From NCBI RefSeq assembly GCF_009914755.1, contig NC_060926.1: DNA of 64,000 nucleotides. One strand, 5' to 3'. The position numbers were made by a program, and so were the translations under genes. This document shows positions 41,901 to 55,600 of the stretch, one piece after another (the first letter of the stretch is position 1; every line of letters starts with the position of its first letter). The stretch is from the human T2T-CHM13v2.0 reference genome, Homo sapiens. The notes beneath the pieces are model-generated. The model had not been told where the DNA came from and did no database searches. It was given only the letters and a program-made list of their open reading frames with translations.

Positions 41901-44516
41901 AGCCTTTCTTTATGGTTCTCACTGTGGTCTTGCAGAAAGAGCTTGGAGGGGGAGGGTAGTTAAGACAGAAGAACAAAGCTGGGGGGTACGCTTTGGGCCC
42001 GAAACCGAGAGAAAAGTGATCCTTTCATTAAGACGAGTGTTCTTTTGTACCTGCACTGTATCCTTTTGATGTGTTGAGGTAGAAAGGATATGAGGAAAGA
42101 AGAAACAATGAGAGTTGCTACTGTATGAATTCCTTCTCCTTATACTTAATCCTGTCCTTATTGGGGCCTTGGGTGGAAAGCTGATAATTTTGGTGAGCCC
42201 TAAAAGGAAGGCAGTGGCTTGAATTCCTGCCACCATCCCCTTGATAATGAACAAGCCTAATGAATGTGGGTAAGTGGTAAGAATCTGTGACCAGCTGCAT
42301 CGGGGCAGGTAATACAGCTCAGATTTAATTGGGAGCAGGTATTGGAAGGCTGTATTACTTTAATTGGTGAGGGGTTTTCTAAATGGAAAGGACAAAGTAT
42401 AATGGACAAATTGTGTAGTACAATAGCACTTAAGCTGGGATTGTATGCATTCGTTAATCTGCTGAGGAATGAGGCAATTCTAAACAATTTTCTCAGTGAA
42501 ACCAACTCCAGAAAGCTTGTCCCTTTTGTTCTCCCTTGGGAAAATGCAAGATTGAAACAGAAAATACCTTTACCGAGGCAATCATTTGCCACGTGTGGAA
42601 AGCGGATACAGCTGTAAACTATGAAAAAGGGATCTTTGTAGTACAATAAAGGATGGAAAAAGAGATAAAGCTTGGGATAAGAGTGGGCCTGTCAGTGCAT
42701 CTATAGGAGGAATAAAGTGATGGCATTTACAGTGACAGATGAGACTCTAAAGAGAAGGCAGGACAGTTTAGAGAGGGAAATTTGATATTTAAAAGAAAGG
42801 GCTGTGATAATTAAAAGTAGCATTACATTAAGCTCTTATGCATATCATTAATGACAGAAGGAAACTGGTGGCTTTTAAAAAGTTAATGATTCCTATAAAA
42901 CCATTCTGGATACCTTACATTTTTTAAAAAGTCTGTATGAACATAAACCTGGCCTCTCAGTTTGTATTTCTGATTCCCAAATTTGCTTAAAAATATAAAA
43001 CGCAATGAAGTTAGAATTAAACTCCAGTAACTGTGTGTCATTGTCCACGGAAGAGTGCTCAAGCACTGCTCAGTTAAGAAAAGGATGGACTGAGACCAGC
43101 CGCGTACACATTGCTGCAAAGGGCTCTCTTATTAAGATGTGGGCCTGAAATGAGCCCAAGGGACATTCATTGTCAAACGCGCATTAGTGCCTTGTTTCTT
43201 TTGATAATTTATATTTGACAAAATCCAATAGCATATCTATGGAATGGCATTAAAACTGCTTCCAGATTTGTGGTTCAATGATGAGTGAGCTCTGACGAGG
43301 TTGCTTAACAGGATTCTCAACAGGTTGAAACGTAAGAGTAGAAGAGCAATTGTATTGAAATTCTTAATGGGGCTTTTACACTTGTATATTTCATTACAGG
43401 TGGGAAAACTGGAAAGATTGAATGTCCTTTGGAGTTCACAGAGGTTTGGCAGTGGGAGGAGAAAAACAAAACGAAGCATAGTGGGAGTGTTGAACAGACT
43501 TTCCCAAGATCCCCAGGTGGGTTTCATGTATTGCCTAATGGGAAGAGTGGGACCGATTCAGCTTTTCACACTGGCTGAATTATCTTACCTGGGCTATTGT
43601 TCACAGCTAGAACCAAATCTACAAAGCTACAGTTTATCTAAAGAATTCTTTGGAAAGAAAACTATTTCACTATCCACACATCTAGATCCCACATATTGGA
43701 CAGCGCAGGCTGTAGCCTCAGTCTCTAAAGTCCAGACTATAAAATTAAAAAAAAAAAAGTTCACAGTGTGAAATCATATTTATTCTAAAAGTAAAGAATA
43801 AAACCTTTTCTGGCCATTGGTGCATAATAGCAAAATTTTGCTTGAAACTCAGCCAAAGATGCCATAAACTATAATAAAACGAAAGATACCTCATGTTCAT
43901 CAAAGTATATTCACAACGAGTAGTCAGGAGACTCACTACTTTCACATTGGAAGAGATATTTCTGGTAATGGCCACTGAAATTCACTACTGGGCTTCCACA
44001 TTAAAAAATTAAAGCCTGTCAAATTCCTTGGGCCAGGGTAGAAGTAAAATAGAAAATAAATAGCTAGAGTTCCAAACCATTATCTGTTTTAAAGATTGTG
44101 ATGTGGAGCATTGAAGTGCTAATCTATATTGTAATGCCATCCAATCTTTTGAATGGAGTGCATGTATGTGTGTGTGTATGTAGTTTGATTATGATAAAAG
44201 TTGTTAATATGTGACTATGCTATGTGCAAGTGTGACAAAAACTCAAAATCAGAAAAAAATTAATTAGAACAGATCAAGTTCATATAAAACTGCTATCCTT
44301 CTGGCCGCTGGAGTTAAACTGAAACATTTTCCTGTACTTGCCATATCTCCACATTCATTTCTCCTTACCAAAAGAAGAAGTAGAGAATGTCTCTCCTCGT
44401 AAAAGTCGTATATAAATTTTAGCTAACAACCATTCAGTGTTGGCAATTTCAACTTATAAAAGAATCCATTACCCCAAGAGCCATTTACACTGGGAATGTG
44501 AATAAGAAGAATCTTG

Positions 44517-44560
44517 ACACACACACAGGCAGGCACACACACACACACACACACACACAC
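44517..44560. repeat. Interrupted (CA)n microsatellite
   Basis: Pure CA run 44534-44560 after a ggcagg interruption. Confidence 0.95.
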
Positions 44561-45041
44561 TTATTGATTACCTACTATGGGTCATTTAATCCAGCTAGTT
44601 GATGTTATCTGCTTCTTAACAACCACAAACTCAGCAACTGTAGTTATTTTCTACAACATTCAATTAGGGGTTTAGTAATCATAAATATCAACAAAATAGA
44701 GATTTTAATTAAATTTAGTAAGGCAGAAATTATACAGGTATAATTATACTCTTTTCTACCACTGAGCTATGCAGAGGTATAATCACTAAGTGGAGAAATT
44801 AAAGTAGCATTCTAATAGAACTTGGAAGTTCTATGAGATGAATTCCTATATATTTAGATACTATCCCCTGAAACTTCTGCTTCTGTACCTCTCCATCATC
44901 CTTTAACTTTATGACAATGATATTGGCTAAAAAGAACACCTGACTGTCCTCATGTAAGGAGAAATCTTTAATGTAGGACATTGAGGTTTCAATTTTATGT
45001 TCAATATTTATCATTTATGCTCTACATCTATAAAGTGAGGG

Positions 45042-45122
45042 AGACAGATACAGAGAGGGAGAGACAGGCATACACACACACATGCACACACACAAGCACA
45101 CACATATATACACATCCACACA
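45042..45122. repeat. Degenerate (GA)n-(CA)n tract
   Basis: gagacagatacagagagggagagacag followed by catacacacacacatgcacacac... Confidence 0.75.
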
Positions 45123-46369
45123 TGGTTAAAATAAATATTAAATGTTATCCCAAGACAATAAGTAGAAAAATATTGTAATGAAATTCACAAATAGTTTCAC
45201 ACATGGAAAAGAGTTTGAAATTTTAGGAGGCATATTGTTACCTCTTTAAGTGACAATAACGGATAAATAGTTTAGGAATCTCAATGAAGAAGTATTTTCC
45301 TCTTAACCTTTATTAAACATTCCCATGTATATGTATGTATGGCCAGTAAAGGAAGTTACAAAGTAACAATATTAAATATTATCATTCTTTGTGTATTTAG
45401 CTAAAATATATCTGTCTGGAGGGAAATATATTATTTTAAATAATAAATTTATCTGATGCATCTTTAAAATAAATTATATTTATGCATTGACATTGAATAA
45501 AGTCTCTGAAATCTCACAAAGTGAATATTGACGGTTCTATGTTGGTATTATTCAACTATGTCTGGAGCATATACACATTTTGTGCTTTTGTAAAACGTAA
45601 TTAATTAGTCAATAAAATAAAATGAACTTCTCAAGAGAAATGCCTTTCTATTGTTCAAAACAGATATTGAAACATGAGAAATGAAAAGAAAAAAAGAGAA
45701 AAAGTGGAAGCTTCTTATAGTTAAAAAAAAAAGTATAGTGTTACAAGTGAGATTACCTGCATAAAAGCAGGTTTCTAAAAGTCATGCCCACTTCATAAAA
45801 AGGGCAAATAAAATATCCACTGCACCAAACCATAGTAGAAGAAAATAAGATTTCATGTTTTCAAAGCTCTGGTGTAGAAAAATTTTCTATGAGAAATAGA
45901 AACATTAAATCTGTGCCACACTCAGGTGTTGAAGCTAGAATTTATTTATTTATTTTTCTTACTGTAGACAACACAAATTTGTTACCTTACAGTCCTGATT
46001 TGAGATTTTTAAAATTTGGGAATCTCAAGATACATATCCCAAAAGCTCTAGCAGAAGAAAAGACAAAACCATCTATAGAATAAATCCATAATACAGGGCA
46101 TCTAGTAAAGCTACAGAAAAAAATAATGCTGCTAAAAATGAGCTCAATGATTTCAAGGAACCACCACATAAGGAAATGTGCCAGCATGGAGAGAACCAGC
46201 AGATACAACAAATAGGAGAACTGTTATTCTCACATACCCAAATCGATACAATAACCTAAAAATGAATGCAAAATAATTGTGTTTAAAGTAATTAGTGAAA
46301 ATTTGGAATGAAAATCACATTAACAGAATAGCAGGTTATGGGGAAGAAAGTAGAATTCTGAAAGAACCA

Positions 46370-46753
46370 TGTCTTAGTCAATTTTCTGCTGCTATAATAG
46401 AATACCAGAGACTAGGTAATTTGTAAAGAAAGCAGAGATTTATTTCTTACAGTTCTGGAGGTGGAGAAGTCCAAAGTCAAGGGGATTGCATTTGATGAGT
46501 GACTTCTTGCTGCATGATCTCATGGCAGAAGCGGGAGGGGCAAGAGAGCACATGTGAGAAAGAGGAGAAGGGAGCTGAACTCAGGAACACATTCCTGCAA
46601 TAACTAACCTAACCTGTAATAATAGCATTAACCCATTCATGAGGGCTCTGGCCTCATGAAATCACCTCTCAAAAGGCCTACCTCTCAACACTATTGCATT
46701 GCAAATTAAGTTTCCAACATATGAACTTTGGGGGATACATTCAAACCATAGCA
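46370..46753 (-). mobile_element. MSTD/MLT1A-like MaLR solo LTR
   Basis: tgtcttagtc...tttatttcttacagttctggaggtggagaagtccaa...gggggatacattcaaaccatagca. Flanked by gaacca / aaacca (probable TSD). Confidence 0.9.
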
Positions 46754-48874
46754 AAACCACAAATAATTCCAATTTTATACTACCTGAACTCAAGTAATAA
46801 AAAAAATACATATTTATTTTTATGAAATGCCCCATTATATTTGTGTTTATAGAAAGATGAATTAATTAATTCATTATTTCTATATAATTGTTGAAGTTTA
46901 GTAAATGACAATGTATAAATAGCATTAGGTAATAACTGAGAACAACAAGTAATGACAGAAAAAAGAAATGATCATGAAATGTTAAACTTGACTGTGGAAA
47001 CATTGACACTTTCCTAGAGGTCTTTGAAAATAAAAAAGGAATAAGTAAAGTGTTTCTAGACTTGTCAAAAATAGGAACCCTTGTGGTGTGGTGTCAGCAA
47101 AATGGCAGACTAAGAAGTTCCAAGCTCTTATTCCTCAAACATAAACACAAAAAATAAAGTAAAATAAAACATAAACAGTGTGAACCAACTTTGTAGAAGC
47201 TCTGGAAAATGATCAAAGTTTTACAGCAACTAAGTACATACTCAATCAAGAAAAAGCCATCTTCAAAACGGTAAAAATGTTTAGTGATGGTTTTATTCTG
47301 CATCCCCAAGACCCTTCATAGTAGATGATGGCGTGCTTTTCAGCAGTGACAGATTAGTTACCAATTCCCCACTTCAAAGTGGAGGAAGCAGAGCAGACTT
47401 TACTTGAAAATTATTGTGTATGTTCATCCTAACTGGACTAGAGAAGCACTTGAAGAACTGACTTGCTCATCTCTGTCTTGTATAGTTCAGAGTACAGGTA
47501 GGAAAAGCAACAGGAAAGTCTCATAAAAACCACAAGAGGACAAAAATCCCACAGACATCTGGAACTAGAGATCCTAGGTGGAGACATACAATATACCAGC
47601 TAAGGCCCAGAGGGGAAACATATTGAGACTCTTTGGGAAATTAGGGCATTCAAAAAGAATTCTGTATACAAGGGGATTTAGAACATTACTAGCATGCCCC
47701 AGAAAGACACATGCTCAAAATTCCTTAAAAACCATTAATCTTTCACCCTGGCTGAATCCCAGACTCATGGAAGGCCTAGAAAATCATGAAGAAGTACATT
47801 AGCACAGAGGCAGTCTATAAAATCTGAGAAAGGTGACTGTCCATTTGTTTGTTTGCTTGCTTGGGGTTTTGTTTGTTTTTGTCTGTTTCAGATCCTGAAA
47901 TTCAAGAAAATATTTGTCAAAGTATTAGCTGAGTGCAAGCTAAGGTATCAAAATAGTGAATACACACACCAAGGAATAATCTTTGCAAAAATACTTTGTC
48001 TCAAGACAAATAGAACACAGCAGACTTTAATAATCAAAACAGAAACACCAACATAGAGAACCTAAGGAACGAAGAGAATCTGATTTCCAAAGTCACCACA
48101 TTATAAAAATCAAATGCCAATCTTCAACAACAACGAAAACAACAAAATTCACAAGACACATAAAGAAACAGGAAAATGGCTCATTCAAAGGAATAAAGTG
48201 ATTAATTGGCATAAACTGTCCCTGAGAAAGCCCAGATACTAAAGTGACTTGACATTTGCTCAACTAGATAAGAGTGAGTTTCGACAAAGAAGTAAAGGAA
48301 ATTTGGAACATAATATTTTATCTAAAGGAGAATATCATCAAACAAAGAAATTATATAAAAGAACCACACAAAAATTCTGGAGCTGAAAAGTACAGCAACT
48401 GAAGTTTTTAAAATTACTTGCAGAGATCAACAACGGATTTGCAGATTAGTGAACTCGAAGATAGGAAAATTGAAATTATTGAGTCTGAGGAGCAGAAGAG
48501 AAAAAGGAATGAATAAAAGTGAATAGAACCTAAGGAAACTGAGGGACACCATCAAGCAGATCAAGGAGAAGAGAGAGGTAAAAAAGAGTGGTAAGATAAA
48601 TAATAGCCAAATACCTTCCAAATATGAAGAAAGACATGAATATACAGATAAAATAAGCCCAGCAATACCAAATTGGATAAACCCAAAAACATCTACACCA
48701 AAGCACATTATAATCAAATTGTTGAAAGCCAAACAATGACAGAATCTTAAAAGCAATAACAGCAAGGCAATTCAACAAAATAAAAGGGATGTTCAATACA
48801 AGTATCAGCCAATTTCTCATCAGAAGCCTGGAGGCAAGAAGGCAGAGAAATAATATATTTAAAGTGCTGAAAAA

Positions 48875-49226
<352 letters not shown>

Positions 49227-50550
49227 TCAATGAAGATTTTTATATTTGGCAAAGTTGTTCTTTAAAAACAAGGGAGAAGTTGCAAATAGTGTAATTTATT
49301 TACTGTTCATCTGTGTTCCCAGATAAAAAATAATAATTTTCTTGTTTATCTGTATTTTCAGATAAACAAAAGCTAAGGGAATTCACTACCACTAGAACTG
49401 CTCTGTAAGAAATTCTAAAGGGAATCCTTTACAATGAAATAAAAAGACAATATGCAGTAACTTGAAGCCATATGAAAATACAATGTTCTCCTGTAAAGAT
49501 AAATAAATGGGCAGATATAAGCCACAGTACCGTAATTTTAGTCTATAAGTCCACTTTTTATTTTCTACAGAATTTAAAATACAAAAGCATAAAAAGAAGT
49601 TTAAAGCTGTATTATATTATTAGTCACTCAATGTATAAATATGTAATTTGATATGCTTATGATAAATTGTAACATATTTATTATTAATAACATGAGGATG
49701 TAACTTTATAAGAGTATATTATGCAATTGAGGTCAAGTTATAATTAATTCAAATTACTTATAACCTTAAGATATTATATGCAATCCCCATGATAATCACA
49801 AAGAAAACATCTATGGAATGTAAACAATAGGAAAGCATAGGGGAATCAGACATGTCACTACAAAAATCCAATAAACGCACATAAAAACTCTAATGGAGAA
49901 AATGAGAGACAAAGAAGCTATGAGATGTATAGAAAGCAAATAGCAAATGGCAGAATTTCCTTCATATCAATATGTATTTTTAATGTAAATGGATTAAGCT
50001 CTCCAATCAAAAGTCATAGAGGCAGAACAGAAAAAAAACATGATTCAACTCTATGCTATTTTTAAGAGACTCACTTTATATTTCAAACACAATTTGAAGG
50101 TAAAGAATACAAAAAGATATTCCAGGCAAGTAGTAACTAAAGGCAAACTAGATATTATATTAATATTAGTCAAAATAGACTTTAACTCAAAAACTGTTAC
50201 AAAAGGCAAAGAAAGGCATTATATGTTAATAACAATTCAATTCACCAAGAGCATTTAACTATTATAAACACATATGCATAAAATATCAGAGCCCCAATAT
50301 ATATGATAGAACAATGACAGATTTGAAGAGAGAAATAGACACTTATACAATAATAGTTAGAGACTTCAATACTCCCAACTTCAATATTGGGTAGAGCAAT
50401 AAAACAGAAGATCAATAAGGATTTAGAGGACTTTAAACAACACTGTAGACCAATTGGATCTAAGAGACACACACAGATCATTCCATCCTATAACAGCAGA
50501 ATACACATTTTTCTCAAAGGCACATGGAACATTGTCCAGTATAGTTTGGA

Positions 50551-50708
50551 CACAACCAAGACTTAAAATTTTAAAAAGATTAAAATCATACAAAGTACCT
50601 TGTCTGATTACAATGGAATGAAGCTAGAACACAACTAAGTCTTAAAATTTTAAAAAGATTGAAATTACACCAAGTACCTTGTGTGGTAACAATGGAATAA
50701 AGCTAGAA
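50551..50708 (+). repeat. 79-bp diverged tandem duplication within L1 ORF2
   Basis: cacaaccaagacttaaaattttaaaaagatt...aagctagaa (50551-50629) is repeated at 50630-50708. Confidence 0.9.
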
Positions 50709-51226
50709 ATTAATAAAAAGAGAAAACTAGAAAACTCAAAAATACGTGGAAATTAAGCAAAACACCTTTAAACAACCAATTCATTAAAGCAGGACAAGAA
50801 AAATTAGAAAATATTTTGAGACCAATAAAAACACATGTGGAACCTCATGAGATGCAGCAAAAGCAGTGATAAGGGGGAAATTTATATCTGTAAATGCATA
50901 CATTTAAAAAGAAAAATGTATTAAATCATTAGCAATATTTTAAATATTAAGAAGCTAGAAAAAATTAATAGAATGAAGTGAGGGAAAACAGTCAATAATG
51001 ACAATTGGTACAAAAAAAGGAGAGAGAACAGCTAACGAAAATCAACATTCTTTCTTGATAAAAAGCACCCAATAAACTAAGGATAAAAGATAAATTCATC
51101 AACAAATTTATATGAAAAGCTTACAGATAACATCCAATATTTAAAAATAATCAACTTTTTCTCTAAACTCAGAAATAAGCAATGATGCCTGCTTTGGTCT
51201 CTTCTATTCAACGTATTACTGGAAGT

Positions 51227-51478
51227 TTTTTCTTTTAATATATTTTATGTGTATAATTTTTTTGTTGTACTTTAAGTTGTAGGGTACATGTGCACAACGT
51301 GCAGGTTTGTTACATATGTATCCATGTGCTATGTTGGTGTGCTGCACCCATTAACTCGTCATTTACATTAGGTATATCTCCTAATGCTGTCCCTCCCCCC
51401 TCCCCCCACCCATGACAGGCCCTGGTGTGTGATGTTCCCCATCCTGTGTCCAAGTGTTCTCATTGTTCAATTCCCACC
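51227..51478 (-). mobile_element. L1PA 3'-terminal fragment nested in L1MB
   Basis: tactttaagttgtagggtacatgtgcacaacgtgcaggtttgttacat...cattgttcaattcccacc. TSD tactggaagt at 51217-51226 and 51479-51488. Confidence 0.95.
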
Positions 51479-51890
51479 TACTGGAAGTCCTAATCAGAGC
51501 AATAGGCAAGGGAAAGAAAGAAAATGCATCTAAATTGGAAGGGAAGAATGAAAATGATCTCTGTTCACAAATGACATAATCTTAAATGTAGATAAGCATA
51601 AAGATTTCAGAAAAACTGTTGGAATTTAATAAACAAATACAGCAAAGTTGCAGGATAGGAAATCAACATGCAAATATTAGTTGCATTTTTTTCTTAATCA
51701 CTTAATAAATCATTTATTTGTAAATCAACACATGTGCTATACAGAACCTAAGAATTTAGACAATTTTAATAACCCATAAGCATGTTGATTCCTTTTGCAG
51801 ATTTAAATTTTGTATAAATAGCAGTCATTGCATTCATATAACTTAAGTGTACTTTGTTTATAATCTCATTTATGCTACCGATACGCCTCA

Positions 51891-52113
51891 GAAAAAAACA
51901 GATTCTACTTGGTTCTAGCTGAAGTATTATGAACTCCAAATAATGCTTTGAGGACCTCCAAAGGAAAAAAACAAACAGATTCTACTTGGTTCTAGCTGAA
52001 GTATTATCAACTCCAAATCACGCTTTGAGGACTTCCAAAGGAAAAAAACAAATTCTACTTAGTTCTAGCTGAAGTATTTTCAACTCCAAATAATACTTTG
52101 AGGACATCCAAAG
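51891..52113. repeat. Three tandem ~73-77 bp units inside the retrocopy
   Basis: gaaaaaaaca..attctacttggttctagctgaagtattatgaactccaaataatgctttgaggacctccaaag occurs three times with few substitutions. Confidence 0.95.
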
Positions 52114-52429
52114 GTAAAGTACTAATCCCTTTGGCCATTTATTGGGAGAGAGAGACAGACAGAAAGAGAGAGAGAGTTTTGAAGCAACAATGTAACAATG
52201 TACCATTAGTAAAACTGCTGTGCAAAATTATCCCTCAGTCCTATTCTAAGCTTACAGTTCAGTTGATTTTGTTGTCCTCACCTAAGTATATACAATTCAC
52301 ACACAGGAAAAAAACACTAAATCAAAATGGTTATTTTCACTATTTTGCTTAAGATTCATATTTAAATATAAATCAAGAAGTTAACCTACCCAGTTTAAGA
52401 GACACTTTTTACATTACAAATGTTTTTTA

Positions 52430-52648
52430 AAATGTTAAACTGATACATTATTGTAAATATTTATGGTGTATGTACTGTTTCATGTAAAATGTGTATCAGT
52501 CAAATCAGTGTAATTAGCACACCCATCAACTCAAACATTTATCATTTATTTGTAGCAAGAACATTCAATACATTATTAACTATAGTCACCCTACTGTGCA
52601 ATAGGACATCTGAACTTATTCCTCCTAATTTAACTTTGTACCCATTAA
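52430..52648 (-). mobile_element. L1MA-type 3' UTR fragment carried within the retrocopy
   Basis: aatacattattaactatagtcaccctactgtgcaatag...gaacttattcctccta...tttgtacccattaa. Confidence 0.8.
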
Positions 52649-55600
52649 AAGTGGTTTTGTGTGCAAATAATAGACAGATGTTCAACATGCAAATATTAGT
52701 TGCATTTTTTACGCACTAACAATGAACAGTGTAAAAAGGAAATTAAGAAATAAATTATATTTATAAGAGTATCAAAAAGAAAATAGACAGGTATAAACCT
52801 AAACAAGTAGATAAAAGACTCATACACTGAAAACTACAAAACATTGCCAAAAGATTAGATAAATGAAAAGACATCTTGTTCATGGATTAGAATACATAAT
52901 CTTACCAAGATGACCTCACTACCCAAAGCAATTTACAGATTCAATGCAATAGCTATCAAAAATACCAAGGATTTTCTTTTTGCAGGAATAGAAAAATTCA
53001 TCCTAATGTTTATATGAAATCTCAAGCACCTTCAAGAGCCAAAGTCATCTTGAAAAATAAGAACAAAGATGGAGGAATTACACTTCCCAATTTCAAAAGG
53101 CACTGCAAAGACCTAACAGTGTGGTGCTGGCTTAAGGACAGACATATAGGCCAATGCAATAGATATAGAGCCTCCGAATAAACCTTTACATATAAAGTCA
53201 ATTGATTTTTAGCAAGGGTGCCAAGACCATTTAATGAAGGAAAGGACATTCCTTTCAACAAAGTGAACTTAAGAAAACTGGATATTCACAGGCAAAAGAA
53301 TCATGTAAAACTTGTACCACATGCCACTTACAAAAACTTACTCAAAATGGATCAAAGACCTAAACTTAGAAGGTAAAATTCCAAAACTCTTACAAAAAAT
53401 AGCTTGTATGACATTGGATTTGGCAGAGATTGCTTGCATATGATATCAAAAGCAGAGGCAATAAAAGAAATAGTAAGTAAATTGGACTTCATCAAAATGT
53501 AAAATGTTGTACATCAAAGGATGCTATCAAGTGAAAATATTTGTAAGTCATATACCTGATAAGTGATTAATATCCAGAATGCATAAATAACTTCTAAAAC
53601 TTAACAAGAAAAACAAACAATGGTTAAAGGACTTGAATAAACATGTCTCCAAGGAAGATACACAAATGGGCAACACGCAGTTGAAAAAATGCTCAGCATC
53701 ACTCATCATTAGCAAAAGGCAAATCATAAACACAATGAGGTACAACTTCACACGCATTACAGTGCCTCTTATTGAAAGAAAACAAAAGTGTTAGGAAAAT
53801 GTTAGAGAGAAATTGCATCCCTTGTGCAACGCTGGTAGTAATGTGAAATAGTGCAGTCTTTGTGGAAAATAGCATGGCAATTCCTCAAAAAGTGAAACCT
53901 AGAAGTACCATACGATCCAGCAATTCCACTTCTAGGTAGACACTCGAAAGGACTGAAAGCAAGGACTCAAAGAGAAAATTATACACTGATGTTCATAGCA
54001 GCATTATTCAAAATAGCTGAAATGTGGAAACAACCCAAATGTCTGTCAATCATCAACAGATGAGTGGATATAAGAAATATGCTATAAACATACAATGGAA
54101 TATTATTCAGTCTTAAAAATAAATGAAATTCCTCTGAGACATACTACACCGTGGATAAACCATGAATGCATGATGCTAAGTGAAAGAAAGTAGACACAAA
54201 GGAAAAATGTAGTATGATTTCACTTATATGAGGTACCTAGAAAAGGCAATTTAATAAAAGCAGAAAATAGAATAGAGGTTACCAGGGTCTGGGGGTAGGG
54301 AGTAAAGTGGGGGTGATATTTAGTGGGTACCAAGCTTCTGTTTTAGATGATAAAAATGTTCTGGAAATGGATAGTGGTGGTAACTGCACGACATTATGAA
54401 TGTCACTGAGGTGTACATTTAAAAATCACTTACAGATGTTTTATGTTATGTATATTTTACCACAATTAAAAAAAACTAAAAAAAGAAACTCCCTTTCTAC
54501 TCCTCACCAATATATTACTAAATCACAAAAGGAGCCTGTTTTCTGACAGTGTTCAAAATTCTCCTAGCATTAATAATTATAATCCAGCATTTCACTGAGC
54601 CAGAAGCAGCCTTAACAACTGGTTAAAAAAAAAAGTAGTCACCTGTATGCAGTGATTTTAAGTGCATACAAATGGCTCTAGATATTAGAGAAAAAGCAAT
54701 TTTTATTAAGCATTTGATATTTAGTTATTTTAACATTTGGAAATAATGATTCAGCCCATGATCATCAAAATAAATGCAGAAAAAGGATTTGACAAAATCC
54801 AACACACATCCATGATTAAAAATGCTCAACAGACTAATGAAAGGAAATGTCCTCAACTTGCTAAAAGGCAGCTGCATAAAACCTACAGCTAGCCTTATAC
54901 TTAATGCTGAAAGATTGAATGCATCCCCTGAAAGATGGGAAAAAAAAGCAAGGATTTCTGTTCTCACCTCTCCTACTTAACATTTTAATTGAGCTTGTAG
55001 CCAGTATATAATGGCAAATAATAATAATAGAAATTAAAAACATGCACATTTGAAAGTATGAAGTACAATTGTCTTTATTCACAGATGATGTCCTCATATA
55101 CATAGAAAGTCTTAAGGAAGCCACAATAAAACTACTAAACCAAATCGAAGAGGTCAGCATGTTTACCTATATAAGATCTATATACAAAGGTAATTGTATT
55201 TTCAAATACAAGTAACAATCCAAAAATGAAATTAATTATATTCACAAAATTATCAAAAAAGAATGAAATGCTTAGGAATAAATTTAACAAAAAGTGCAAA
55301 ATGTATAACATGACAACTACAAAACATTGCTATGACATATCCAAAGAAGATTTAACTAAATGGAGAGACCTTCCATATGTTTGAATTGAAAAATTAATCC
55401 TTTTATGATGTCAATTCTCCCCTAAATTGATTTATAAATTTAACACACACCCTATCAAAATCTCAGTAGGTTGGGGTTTTTGTTGTTGTTGTTTGCAAAA
55501 ATGGACAAGCTGATTCTAAAATTTATAAAAAATTACAAAACACCTAGAACAGCCAGAATAACTTTGAAAAAGAATAAAGTTGAAGGACTTAGACTTCTAT

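Larger units (their letters stand above)
51692..52681 (-). pseudogene. MDM2: 5'-truncated processed retrocopy consisting only of 3' UTR sequence, probably from MDM2
   Basis: Flanked by a 29-bp direct repeat tcaacatgcaaatattagttgcatttttt (51663-51691, 52682-52710) that restores the host L1. AATAAA on the minus strand (51713-51718) lies 20 nt from the short T run. The reverse complement (cacacaaaaccacttttaatgggtac...aaatatgaatcttaagcaaaa...ctgtaagcttagaataggactgagg...tttggaggtcctcaaagcattat...tatcggtagcataaatg) matches my recollection of the distal MDM2 3' UTR. Not verified by search. Confidence 0.7.

Noticed and set aside
51391-51411. C-rich tract forming a G4 on the minus strand
   Set aside because: This is the standard G-rich tract of the L1PA 3' UTR and is explained by that element.
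51891-52113. CRISPR-like appearance of the three repeated units
   Set aside because: The units are ~75 bp and head-to-tail with no unique spacers, there are no cas genes, and the DNA is primate.
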